Shown here: positions 29,339 through 39,410 of the stretch, in pieces
Position numbering within the stretch: the stretch's first letter is position 1
How the letters are laid out: each line of letters starts with the position of its first letter
Translations under genes and position numbers: made by a program
Source: an uncultured Candidatus Saccharibacteria bacterium
GTDB lineage: Bacteria; Patescibacteriota; Minisyncoccia; Phycocordibacterales; UBA9973
Length of the DNA stretch: 64,000 bases
Assembly: GCA_964402895.1 (NCBI GenBank)
Contig: CAYODR010000001.1
Location: 123,002-187,001 of the forward strand
Direction of reading: 5' to 3'
Notes under the pieces: generated by a model
The model's database searches: none
The model's input: only the letters and a program-made list of their open reading frames with translations
Told to the model about the DNA's origin: nothing

Positions 29339-30418
29339 TTAAAAAATATCCATCTTTTTTAATAAATAAAAACTATTAGCATGTATACAATGACCTTTAT
29401 AAGAAGTCAGTCTAGACAAATTTTTTACCTTTATCAAACCATCTCTTTTATCTATTATTTCATCATAAAAAACCTTTTTAAATCTCCGAACCACTTTTCT
29501 CCGAACTAAAGTATGTGTTGGCTTAATGAAATACCCTAGAAAATCAAGTCCATGTTCTACTTTATGAATAAATACCTTATCCATACAAAGCTTAAGCAAA
29601 AGTTCATTATTTAAAAATTCTTCTATCTCATTTATAGTAGAGACTAACCTATCCCTATCTTCATTAAGAATAACAAAGTCATCTACATATCTCACGTACC
29701 CTTTGAAACCCAATACCTTTTCTATAAAATAATCCATTTTGTGTAAATATACATTTGCAAAAAACTAACTAGTGATATTCCCAATGGGAAGTCCTCTGGT
29801 ACTATCCCCCGACAACAAAGACTTCTGTATCGGGATTAATTTTTTAGTCCACTTTTTTCCTTTAAAAATAAAGTCTTGAGCTGGATCATGAAAAATTATT
29901 ATTTTAGTTATCCATAAAACTTCTTTTTTCCATAACTCACTTTTATCTTGTAAAAATATTTCAGATTGCATTATTTTCCATAAAGTTTCTTTATGTATAG
30001 ATCTAAAAAAACTTTTAATATCCATTTTTAAATAAAATAATTTTTGACGATTTAATCCACCACGAGTAATAAAAAATCGCGCCCTTTTAAAAGCGCGATG
30101 CGTACCCTTGCCGACCCTATTCGCAAAAGAACTATCTAAAAAATCTTTTTCAAAAATAGATTCTATTTCATTACATAACAAATGTTGCACTACTCTATCT
30201 CTAAAGTCGCTAGCAAAAACTTCTCTTGGTGATGGACTTTTGATTACAAAACATATATGCCTAGATATTTTATATTCTCCACTTTTTAAATCCTCTAAAA
30301 GGTTTAAAAGATTTTGTTCTCTATTCATTTCAAATCTCAAGGCATTAGTTGTATTCTTTTTATTTTTAATACACTGTTTATAAGCCCTATAAAGATTATC
30401 CATTGTAAATATAGTCAT
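29339..30418 (-). CDS. Diversity-generating-retroelement (DGR)-type reverse transcriptase. The gene is full length but interrupted by one in-frame TAG (29765..29767) at the conserved Gln of the IGNxxSQ motif.
   Basis: Strong similarity to Bordetella bRT: NLYRAYKQC..., ...FRDRVVQHLLCNEIESIFE..., GKGTHRAFKRA, YLKMDIKSFFRSIHKE (motifs 1-2), RGLPIGNITS*FFANVYL (bRT has GLPIGNLTSQLFANVY), YVDDFVIL (motif 5), and GLDFLGYFIKPTH (motif 7). The two ORF fragments 29765..30418 and 29339..29737 are in the same frame. Confidence 0.8.
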
Positions 30419-30449
30419 AATAAATATATTAGATCAAGCAAAAAGAATA

Positions 30450-31253
30450 CTAGGCGGCACAACGAACGTGGGTATAATTACCAGTAGGGTTCCTAACCAC
30501 ATTACCAAGATTGAAAGCCTGTATATAAGCGATACTGGACTGGGTAGCAGAAGGGGTAGATGACCACCAACCGTTAGCAAAAAACCCATACTGAGTTACA
30601 TCAGTACTACTATAGTCATATATGGCTTTAAAGACTTCGATTGGGGGAAGTCTCTTTCCTGCTGCAGCACATCTATTATTTGCTTCAGCCCAGTTTGTTT
30701 CTGCACCATTGTTTGCAGAATCAAGTGTCATTACGCTTTGAGCATCAACAGCGTAGTGGTTTCCTTTGAACCAGACTGCTACACCAAAATTTTTATCTTG
30801 AAGTCCATCTGCTGCAACAAAGTGTGTAGCTGAAGTACTAGGAACATTTGAAGTACGAACAACACAGCGTACATTCTCATCTCCTGCAATATTCTTAAGA
30901 GCATCTATCATTGGTTCAACTGATGAATGATAACCTGTTTGAATAGTAGATGGTGCTACCCATGTACAAAGTCCAGCAAAAGTCCCATTGTCTGCATGGT
31001 ACATTATTGCCTGAGTCTGAAAATTCTTTAGATTGGATTTGATAGCTGCAATACGTCCTTTGTCTCTGGCTGAGTTTAGTGATGCGAGGACTACTCCAGC
31101 GAGTATACCTATGATTGCGATGACTACGAGAAGTTCGATTAGAGTAAAAGCTTTATTAAAAGAATTATTTCTAAACTTTTTTAACGAAAATAGGGTCTTT
31201 CTATGATTGCCCCCCCTATTTTCGCCTTTGGCAAAATGGTTAATTTTTATCAT
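30450..31253 (-). CDS. Type IV pilin-like protein with a C-terminal CLec/FGE-like domain (pilin-CLec paralog 2). It directly abuts the DGR reverse transcriptase and is a candidate DGR target.
   Basis: Long leader MIKINHFAKGENRGGNHRKTLFSLKKFRNNSFNKA|[19 protein letters not shown] (the ORF-track extension beyond 31253 is probably spurious; a TATAAT sits 8 nt upstream of this ATG). C-terminus NWAEANNRCAAAGKRLPPIEVFKAIYDY...WWSSTP...NLGNVVRNPTGNYTHVRCAA. Confidence 0.75.
   Translation of the reverse strand: MIKINHFAKGENRGGNHRKTLFSLKKFRNNSFNKAFTLIELLVVIAIIGILAGVVLASLNSARDKGRIAAIKSNLKNFQTQAIMYHADNGTFAGLCTWVAPSTIQTGYHSSVEPMIDALKNIAGDENVRCVVRTSNVPSTSATHFVAADGLQDKNFGVAVWFKGNHYAVDAQSVMTLDSANNGAETNWAEANNRCAAAGKRLPPIEVFKAIYDYSSTDVTQYGFFANGWWSSTPSATQSSIAYIQAFNLGNVVRNPTGNYTHVRCAA
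31210..31216 (-). repeat. Poly-G tract (7 nt) at the Arg-Gly-Gly codons of this pilin
   Basis: The plus strand shows ccccccc; the gene is in frame. Confidence 0.55.
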
Positions 31254-31425
31254 GACAATATTATAACATCTACAACTATAAGAACAAATATTTTTATTAG
31301 TACTATGTGGATAAAATATTAAAATAAAGTACGCTAACATAATACATTTTTAAAAAATTTACAAAATAAATTATAGAAATAAAAGTCTTGTTTTTCTATC
31401 TTCAATAAAGTATATTATAGCCAAT

Positions 31426-31497
31426 GGCCCTATCGTCTAACGGTTAGGACATCGCCTTCTCAAGGCGGTAATCGGGGTTCGATTCCCCGTAGGGTCA
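31426..31497 (+). tRNA. tRNA-Glu (anticodon CTC)
   Basis: Cloverleaf: acceptor ggcccta/tagggtc, anticodon loop ttCTCaa, T-arm ggggTTCGATTcccc. CCA is not encoded. Confidence 0.8.
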
Positions 31498-31645
31498 CAC
31501 GAGCGAAAAGCACCACAACTGCTTGTGGTGCGGGCGAAGTGTGAAGCCGGAGATATGTTGAGCTTGCGAGACAATCGAGGCGGGGTCGAGAGTACTTAGT
31601 AGAATTTGAGTGAAGCGAAAAATTATACTTAGTAACTCGTGACAC
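31498..31645 (+). ncRNA. GC-rich (~50% versus ~32% genome) structured element immediately 3' of tRNA-Glu; candidate ncRNA of unknown family
   Basis: Perfect 8-bp hairpin caccacaa-ctgc-ttgtggtg; the termini cacgag...ctcgtg can pair to close a helix; no plausible ORF. Confidence 0.25.
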
Positions 31646-31728
31646 CATCAACAGCTAGCACGAAACATTGTTATTAGGACAATAAGAAAAAGCGCCCCTA
31701 TTTTTATAATAGGAACGCTTTAGACTTT

Positions 31729-32505
31729 TTAGAGCGGATAGCACAAGGTTATCATGGCGACAGAATTTATTCGCCCCTCAATAACCGATATAGAGGTAGT
31801 GCAGATTAATTTTTTATCTTCATCATACACATTACCAGTACACATTGGATTTTCTTTTACTAAATATTCTTTTTTAGAAAAGAAATCAAATAGAACTTTC
31901 TGGATATCATACTCGCTAGTTTCTTTTAAAACCTCGAACTGTAAATTCTCAACCCTAAAGTTATTACTTAATCTCCCAGTTCTAAGACTCTGCAATTCGC
32001 GAGCAACATCGTCATGAAGTAGATATTCCTTGTACAATGTTTTCACTTCTAAATCGGATTGTATCAGAATGTAGTTGAATGGACTATCTGTTCGAACAAG
32101 AAGAGCGTCCCTGTTTTTTCTGAATGCATTATTGATATTGATAACATTTATATTTTCATCATCAGGATGCACTCCATACAACACATTTGCTATATCAACA
32201 TAATTTTTAAATACCCAACCCGAATCCTCCTGGAGAGGTGTTACCTTATTCTTCTCTTCGAGGATTTTATGTATCCCAGCTGAGTAAATAAAAAGTATTT
32301 TCTGACACCAATCAAAATAATCATTTTTACCACGCATTGATGCGAGAATAAGGAGATTGTGGAGAAGGATCCAAGATTCGGGTTCCCAATTATTTTGATT
32401 ATGATTAGAAAACCCCCCGAAAAAAGTTAGAATTTCATGAGAAGTAAGAGATGCACTGTGACGTATCTCCTCCTCAGTTTTTAATGCTACTGGTTTTACT
32501 TCCAT
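31729..32505 (-). CDS. Hypothetical protein
   Basis: 258-aa ORF with no recognised motif. Confidence 0.4.
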   Translation of the reverse strand: MEVKPVALKTEEEIRHSASLTSHEILTFFGGFSNHNQNNWEPESWILLHNLLILASMRGKNDYFDWCQKILFIYSAGIHKILEEKNKVTPLQEDSGWVFKNYVDIANVLYGVHPDDENINVININNAFRKNRDALLVRTDSPFNYILIQSDLEVKTLYKEYLLHDDVARELQSLRTGRLSNNFRVENLQFEVLKETSEYDIQKVLFDFFSKKEYLVKENPMCTGNVYDEDKKLICTTSISVIEGRINSVAMITLCYPL

Positions 32506-32664
32506 TATTTTTGATTTTTAAGTTACAAAATTTATTTTTTGGCATTATATCATATATTTAGATTTTGTAAATTATTCCGTAGGTGCTCTAGAAGGGTCGA
32601 AATGATATACTAAAAACATTAGAAAAGTCTTATGGGACAAGGATCGAAAAATCTTTTTCAAAAA

Positions 32665-32712
32665 TAAAAAAGACCTCATCGTATGTATAGCACATACGAT
32701 GAGGTCTTACTT
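32665..32712 (-). terminator. Rho-independent terminator with a 17-bp perfect stem (aagacctcatcgtatgt / acatacgatgaggtctt)
   Basis: Read directly from the sequence, downstream of the 32719..33702 gene. Confidence 0.55.
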
Positions 32713-32718
32713 GGTATC

Positions 32719-33702
32719 TTACCAGGATATACGATTATTCCATTCAGATAATAATGTTGACACTTGTTTCATATTTCCCGATAAACCCCTTAAGGATTGT
32801 GATTGCGACCAAAAAAGAGTTGGTGTCTGATCATGATATTGTCCGTGATAATTCTCGGCAATAGGCTGGTTTATTTTTGAAATAGCAACCGGTTCGAAGC
32901 CGCTATATTTATCTGCTTTAACAACCAATTCTTCTCCTTCTGTAGTTAGAATATAAAAGGAGTTTGGTTCAAGAGTTGGCATAAACCTTCTAAACGTTGC
33001 AATCTTTTTTCCATCAGGACTAAGTGCCCATTTAAAATGGTGTAATTTTTCCTTGGTATTAGAGTATTCAAATACCCTATAGAGCTGATCAGAACATATC
33101 GCTAACCACCATCTCCCCTCTTTAAAAGGAAAAGGGCCTAATATTTCAACGATATAAAATCCATTTTCAGATTCAGGGGTATCATCGTAAGAAAAGAAAG
33201 GTGTTGGAAGTGGGTCTATGCCACGAACTTTCTCATCACGCAAACTATTACGGTCCGTATATTCACCTATTTTGTGTATATACATTTGTTTACGATTACT
33301 ACTAAATCCAATACTATTACACGAAAAAACAAAATGTTTACTAAATGCCCCATCGCTAGTATGAAGTTCAGTGATCAAATCAAATCTCTCTTTTCCACCA
33401 GAAGAAAATAATACATATTTCCTATAGTCGTAATCTTCAGTCAAAACAACAAAATCATCACAAGTTGTTTTTAATATAATTACCTTTCCATGAAAAAAAT
33501 GCTTATAACCTACAAACAATGTCTTCTTATTGCGCGGCATTAGTTCTTTATTATCCAAAAGAACCATAAATGGTTTTGGTAATGGAACAATAACTTTATT
33601 ACAATTAAAACTAAAATTCTCAAACGCTAGTGTTTTTATAGCTGGGACAGGAATTTCTTCTGACATAACAGGCTGTATTCTGATGTTGAATTTTTCTTTC
33701 AT
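32719..33702 (-). CDS. Hypothetical protein
   Basis: 327-aa ORF with no recognised motif. Confidence 0.4.
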   Translation of the reverse strand: MKEKFNIRIQPVMSEEIPVPAIKTLAFENFSFNCNKVIVPLPKPFMVLLDNKELMPRNKKTLFVGYKHFFHGKVIILKTTCDDFVVLTEDYDYRKYVLFSSGGKERFDLITELHTSDGAFSKHFVFSCNSIGFSSNRKQMYIHKIGEYTDRNSLRDEKVRGIDPLPTPFFSYDDTPESENGFYIVEILGPFPFKEGRWWLAICSDQLYRVFEYSNTKEKLHHFKWALSPDGKKIATFRRFMPTLEPNSFYILTTEGEELVVKADKYSGFEPVAISKINQPIAENYHGQYHDQTPTLFWSQSQSLRGLSGNMKQVSTLLSEWNNRISW

Positions 33703-33776
33703 ATCAAATTTTTAAAGTTACAAAATATTTTTATCACTATATCACACATAAAAAATTTGTAAATACTAAATATTAT

Positions 33777-34220
33777 TTGCTTTTCAATATGCTACAATAC
33801 TTCTTAATGAAAATATATTTTGCTGGTTCAATAAGGGGCGGAAGAGATGATCAAGAGCTCTACTTCTCTATTATCAAAGAGCTAGAAAATTTTGGCACAG
33901 TTTTAACTGAACATATTGGAGATAAAGAATTAAGCGCCCGCGGAGAAAGCTCTCTAACAGACAAAGAAATATTTGAGCGAGATATGGCGTGGGTTAGAGA
34001 ATCTAGTGTTATTGTAGCGGAAGTGACAACACCAAGCTTGGGGGTTGGATATGAATTAGGCCAATCTGAAGCAATGAATAAAAAAGTTATTTGTCTGTAC
34101 AGAGAAAGTGTTGATAAAAGACTCTCAGCAATGATTTCTGGTAATGCGTATATGAAAGTATTTAAATACAAAACACTTGAAGATATAAAAAGTATTTTCT
34201 TAAATAATTTAAAAAAATAA
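33777..34220 (+). CDS. DNPH1/Rcl-family 2'-deoxynucleoside 5'-phosphate N-hydrolase (nucleoside 2-deoxyribosyltransferase-like). The likely start is the Met of MKIYFAGSIRGG.
   Basis: YFAGSIRGGRDDQELY...GTVLTEHIGDKELSARGE...VIVAEVTTPSLGVGYELG...VICLYR...RLSAMISG aligns closely with animal Rcl/DNPH1. Confidence 0.75.
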   Translation: MLFNMLQYFLMKIYFAGSIRGGRDDQELYFSIIKELENFGTVLTEHIGDKELSARGESSLTDKEIFERDMAWVRESSVIVAEVTTPSLGVGYELGQSEAMNKKVICLYRESVDKRLSAMISGNAYMKVFKYKTLEDIKSIFLNNLKK

Positions 34221-34225
34221 AATAA

Positions 34226-34260
34226 ACAACCGCGAATTCCCAAAGGAATTCGCGGTTTAA
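34226..34260. terminator. Bidirectional terminator hairpin (aaccgcgaattcc caaa ggaattcgcggtt)
   Basis: 13-bp perfect stem between two convergent genes. Confidence 0.5.
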
Positions 34261-34276
34261 AGTTTGCCGGCAAACT

Positions 34277-35071
34277 TTATTTCAGGTTTACGGTCAAGAC
34301 AGGAGCTTTAATCCTGCCTTGTGGATGATAATTCCGAAGCTCAAAGTCTTTCATGGTAAAACCATCGATGTCTTTGATTTCAGGATTAATCCAGAGTTGA
34401 GGCCTTTCAGCACTCGGTGATCTTTGAAGTTGTTCTTTAGCTTGCTCCACATGGGCATCATACACATGATAATCACCCAGTGTAATTATTAACTCATCAA
34501 CTTCCATATCAGATGCTTGAGCAATGATATTTGTGAAAGCTCCATAACTTGCAATATTATAAGCAACACCGAGGAACATATCACATGATCTTTGATTCAT
34601 ATGTAGAGAAAGATGGAACTTTCCATTCTCATCTCTTCTGACAAAACATTGAAAATCTCTATGACATGCTGGTAAAGACATATCATGAAGCTCTGCTGGG
34701 TTCCAAGCAGTCACTATCATGTACCGACTTGTATAATCACCTTTGAGGGTTTTCAACAGATCAGCAAGTTGATCCAGAGAACTTACTTCCACAGAACAAC
34801 CATCATCAGTGACACACTTCCACGATCTCCACTGGCTACCATAAATTTTACCCAAATCACCCTCAAACTGAGCTTTACCTCTTTTTTTGAAATTCTCAGC
34901 ATCCCCAACCCACATTTGTGTAATTGGTTTACCATAAATTTCTTCTAATCGTTTAAGGGACATTCTTCCTCTGATCTCACCTCTGTCTTGATTGGGTTTT
35001 GAACCGCCCTCAATGAACCAAAGAAGTTCAGCAAGAACTAAATCAAAATTCACAGACTTAGTTGTAAGCAA
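34277..35071 (-). CDS. thyA: Thymidylate synthase (ThyA). The core is intact, but the N-terminal ~35 residues are encoded in a different frame upstream (35088..35196) and no in-frame start codon is visible.
   Basis: ELLWF, GxIYGSQWR, LPACH (catalytic Cys), and NIASYGAFTNIIA motifs. Upstream frame A encodes KYPYLSAMNDCLESGDRRNTRNGVTYAKFGHQMRFNLQ, matching the ThyA N-terminus. Confidence 0.85.
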   Translation of the reverse strand: MLTTKSVNFDLVLAELLWFIEGGSKPNQDRGEIRGRMSLKRLEEIYGKPITQMWVGDAENFKKRGKAQFEGDLGKIYGSQWRSWKCVTDDGCSVEVSSLDQLADLLKTLKGDYTSRYMIVTAWNPAELHDMSLPACHRDFQCFVRRDENGKFHLSLHMNQRSCDMFLGVAYNIASYGAFTNIIAQASDMEVDELIITLGDYHVYDAHVEQAKEQLQRSPSAERPQLWINPEIKDIDGFTMKDFELRNYHPQGRIKAPVLTVNLK

Positions 35072-35311
35072 AGGAAAACCTTCTTTGAAGATTAAATCTC
35101 ATTTGATGGCCAAATTTTGCATAAGTAACACCATTACGAGTATTTCTTCTATCGCCAGACTCAAGGCAATCATTCATAGCCGAAAGATAAGGATACTTCC
35201 ACCCCCACCTTTAAAGTAAAGAATTTTCTGTCATTTTTATATATTTCTTAAGTAAAAAACTAGTTATTTTGTTTTTAAACTAGAATTTTTATATTCAATA
35301 AGTAAACAGTA

Positions 35312-35554
35312 TTATTTTATTGGCAAAACTTCAATATCAACAGAAAGTATCTTTGCTAGTCTATCTATTTGTTGAAATTTACAATACTTGATAGGTGTTC
35401 CATCTTTAGAATAAATACGAAAATAATAGGGATACTCTATTATATCCCCCTGAAAGTTTTGTGCTTTGGTCTTAGAATTTATTTTCTGAATATACCAACC
35501 CCTTGGCTCATTCTTCAATATTTCTCTTATTTTTGCATAGTGATTAAATGACAT
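35312..35554 (-). CDS. Hypothetical small protein
   Basis: 80-aa ORF. Confidence 0.3.
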   Translation of the reverse strand: MSFNHYAKIREILKNEPRGWYIQKINSKTKAQNFQGDIIEYPYYFRIYSKDGTPIKYCKFQQIDRLAKILSVDIEVLPIK

Positions 35555-35559
35555 ATAAA

Positions 35560-36135
35560 TTAAATACTTTCACTTTTTATCATTTTATTTTTGCGTTCAT
35601 TTCCCCATCTATATCCTCCTATTCCCCCGTCTGTTCTTAAAACCCTATGGCATGGTATCAGATATCCTATTGGGTTTTTACCAGTAGCTGAACCTACGGC
35701 ACGAGACAAATTTTTATCACCTAAAGATATTGATACATCTTTGTATGTCAGACTCTTTCCTTTTGGTATTTTTAAAAGCTCACTCCAGACATTTAATTGA
35801 AAATCTGTACCATACAAATGAATTGGAATCTTTGTATCTGATATCTCCCTCTTTAAATATTTCTTAACTAAATTATGAATTTCTTTTTTCTTTGTTTTTA
35901 AATTAAAATTTTTCCACCTTTTTTCTAAATCTTTAAATACATCATTTTCATTATCTCCAAAAAGTACATTACAGATTCCAATCTCAGTTGAAGCAACTAA
36001 ACAAAAACCAAAAGGACTTTTAAAGATTTCATAAAAAATATCAAAAGAATGCGCAGAATACTCTGCCTTACTAATTATTTTTATATCAAATTTTTTATTT
36101 TGTATTTTCAATCTTTTTAAAAATATTATGAACAA
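35560..36135 (-). CDS. ogt: Methylated-DNA--protein-cysteine methyltransferase (Ogt/MGMT)
   Basis: Active site IPCHRVL and a C-terminal HTH ...NVWSELLKIPKGKSLTYKDVS...GKNPIGYLIPCHRVLRTDGGIGGY. Confidence 0.8.
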   Translation of the reverse strand: MFIIFLKRLKIQNKKFDIKIISKAEYSAHSFDIFYEIFKSPFGFCLVASTEIGICNVLFGDNENDVFKDLEKRWKNFNLKTKKKEIHNLVKKYLKREISDTKIPIHLYGTDFQLNVWSELLKIPKGKSLTYKDVSISLGDKNLSRAVGSATGKNPIGYLIPCHRVLRTDGGIGGYRWGNERKNKMIKSESI

Positions 36136-36664
36136 GTGAATCTAAATTAAACTCAGATTGCTCTTGCTTACACATGTTCTGCTCTTTATCATCATAGTTC
36201 ATACATTGAACAAATCTAAAAGAAAAATTTAAAGCTACTGTTTGCCCGTCAATATCTTTTAAATATGAATATTGTGTATAAGTACTACCAGCTGCACCTT
36301 CGGAAACTTTTGTTAGACAATATTCATCATTATCAATTTTGATAATATCTGTCTTGCCTGCTCTTAGGTGTTCATCACCCGCTTCAGTACAAGAATATGC
36401 TTCAGGAATAATCCTAGCTATAGGTGGAAAATCTACTGGTGTGACAAAATCTCTATCAAAATTTTGATCTTGAACAAAATTCAAAATAATTTTATTTATT
36501 TCATCTTCTGAAAGATTCTTTGTTGAATTATAAAAAACTGGTGAAATCGGAATTATTTTAGAATTCTTAATAGATTCATCTTGTGTTTTATAAAGATAAA
36601 ACACAATTAAACCTAAGGCCATTAAGAAAATAAGAGTAAATATAATACGATTTATTTTAGTCAT
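36095..36664 (-). CDS. Hypothetical membrane-anchored protein
   Basis: N-terminal transmembrane segment then a Cys-containing soluble domain. Confidence 0.35.
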   Translation of the reverse strand: MTKINRIIFTLIFLMALGLIVFYLYKTQDESIKNSKIIPISPVFYNSTKNLSEDEINKIILNFVQDQNFDRDFVTPVDFPPIARIIPEAYSCTEAGDEHLRAGKTDIIKIDNDEYCLTKVSEGAAGSTYTQYSYLKDIDGQTVALNFSFRFVQCMNYDDKEQNMCKQEQSEFNLDSLVHNIFKKIENTK

Positions 36665-36699
36665 AAAAACATTATAACCTTAAAATAAATATCCCAAAA

Positions 36700-37116
36700 C
36701 TATCTATTATATTTTCTTGCCAATCTTAATTTTCCAAGCTCTCTTTCAAACATCGCTTCAAAGCGCGCAAAGTCAATATCTTCATTTTTAATAGCATTTT
36801 CTTTCAAAAGCCTAGCTCTTTCATAAGCTTCTTCTGCATATTTTGTATTTAGATTTTTCACATCTTCAAGTGCATCAATAAGAATTACTAAAATACCTTC
36901 TGACATTTTAGCAATTCCGGTATCCACAAAAAATGCTTCTACCTGACCTTTTTCATCGACAACACGAAGCTCACCATGAACAATTGCCGTAATAATATCT
37001 TGGTGATCTGGTAAAATAGTTATTTCTCCATTATGCGTAGGAAAGGTCGCACTCTTAATATGGCGTTCATACTCTACTTTCTCTGGAGTTATTATTTTAA
37101 CCAAAAAACTTTTCAT
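36700..37116 (-). CDS. atpC: F1Fo ATP synthase epsilon subunit
   Basis: Beta-sandwich plus helical hairpin; last gene of the atp operon. Confidence 0.85.
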   Translation of the reverse strand: MKSFLVKIITPEKVEYERHIKSATFPTHNGEITILPDHQDIITAIVHGELRVVDEKGQVEAFFVDTGIAKMSEGILVILIDALEDVKNLNTKYAEEAYERARLLKENAIKNEDIDFARFEAMFERELGKLRLARKYNR

Positions 37117-37118
37117 AA

Positions 37119-39405
<2,287 letters not shown>

Positions 39406-39410
39406 GTTAT

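Noticed and set aside
29765-29767. In-frame TAG in the reverse transcriptase as evidence for stop-codon reassignment (TAG=Gln), or a TGA-recoded code as in Gracilibacteria/Absconditabacteria
   Set aside because: Neighbouring genes, including the adjacent pilin (stop at 30450..30452), terminate with TAG. Long housekeeping ORFs (leuS 847 aa, atpA, atpD) are intact under the standard code. The genome therefore uses standard code 11 and the TAG is a lesion, an error, or a suppression site.
29339-30418. Group II intron-encoded reverse transcriptase/maturase, or a retron RT
   Set aside because: Only ~358 aa with no maturase (X) or endonuclease domain and no intron RNA domains V/VI nearby. Motif 4 is the DGR-specific IGNxxSQ type, and the N-terminus aligns with Bordetella bRT.
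31498-31645. Divergent 5S rRNA (short matches to GAAGUG..AAAC and GAGAGUA loop-C/loop-E-like strings)
   Set aside because: The helix arrangement does not fit the 5S three-helix junction. The perfect 8-bp/4-nt hairpin is unlike the helix III/loop C region. It is ~30 nt too long and is not in an rRNA operon context. Kept only as an unknown structured element.
31729-33702. Two hypothetical genes between tRNA-Glu and the DNPH1 gene as a tRNA-integrated defence or mobile island
   Set aside because: No integrase, recombinase, ATPase or nuclease motifs were recognised, and no flanking direct repeat of the tRNA 3' end. There is not enough evidence.
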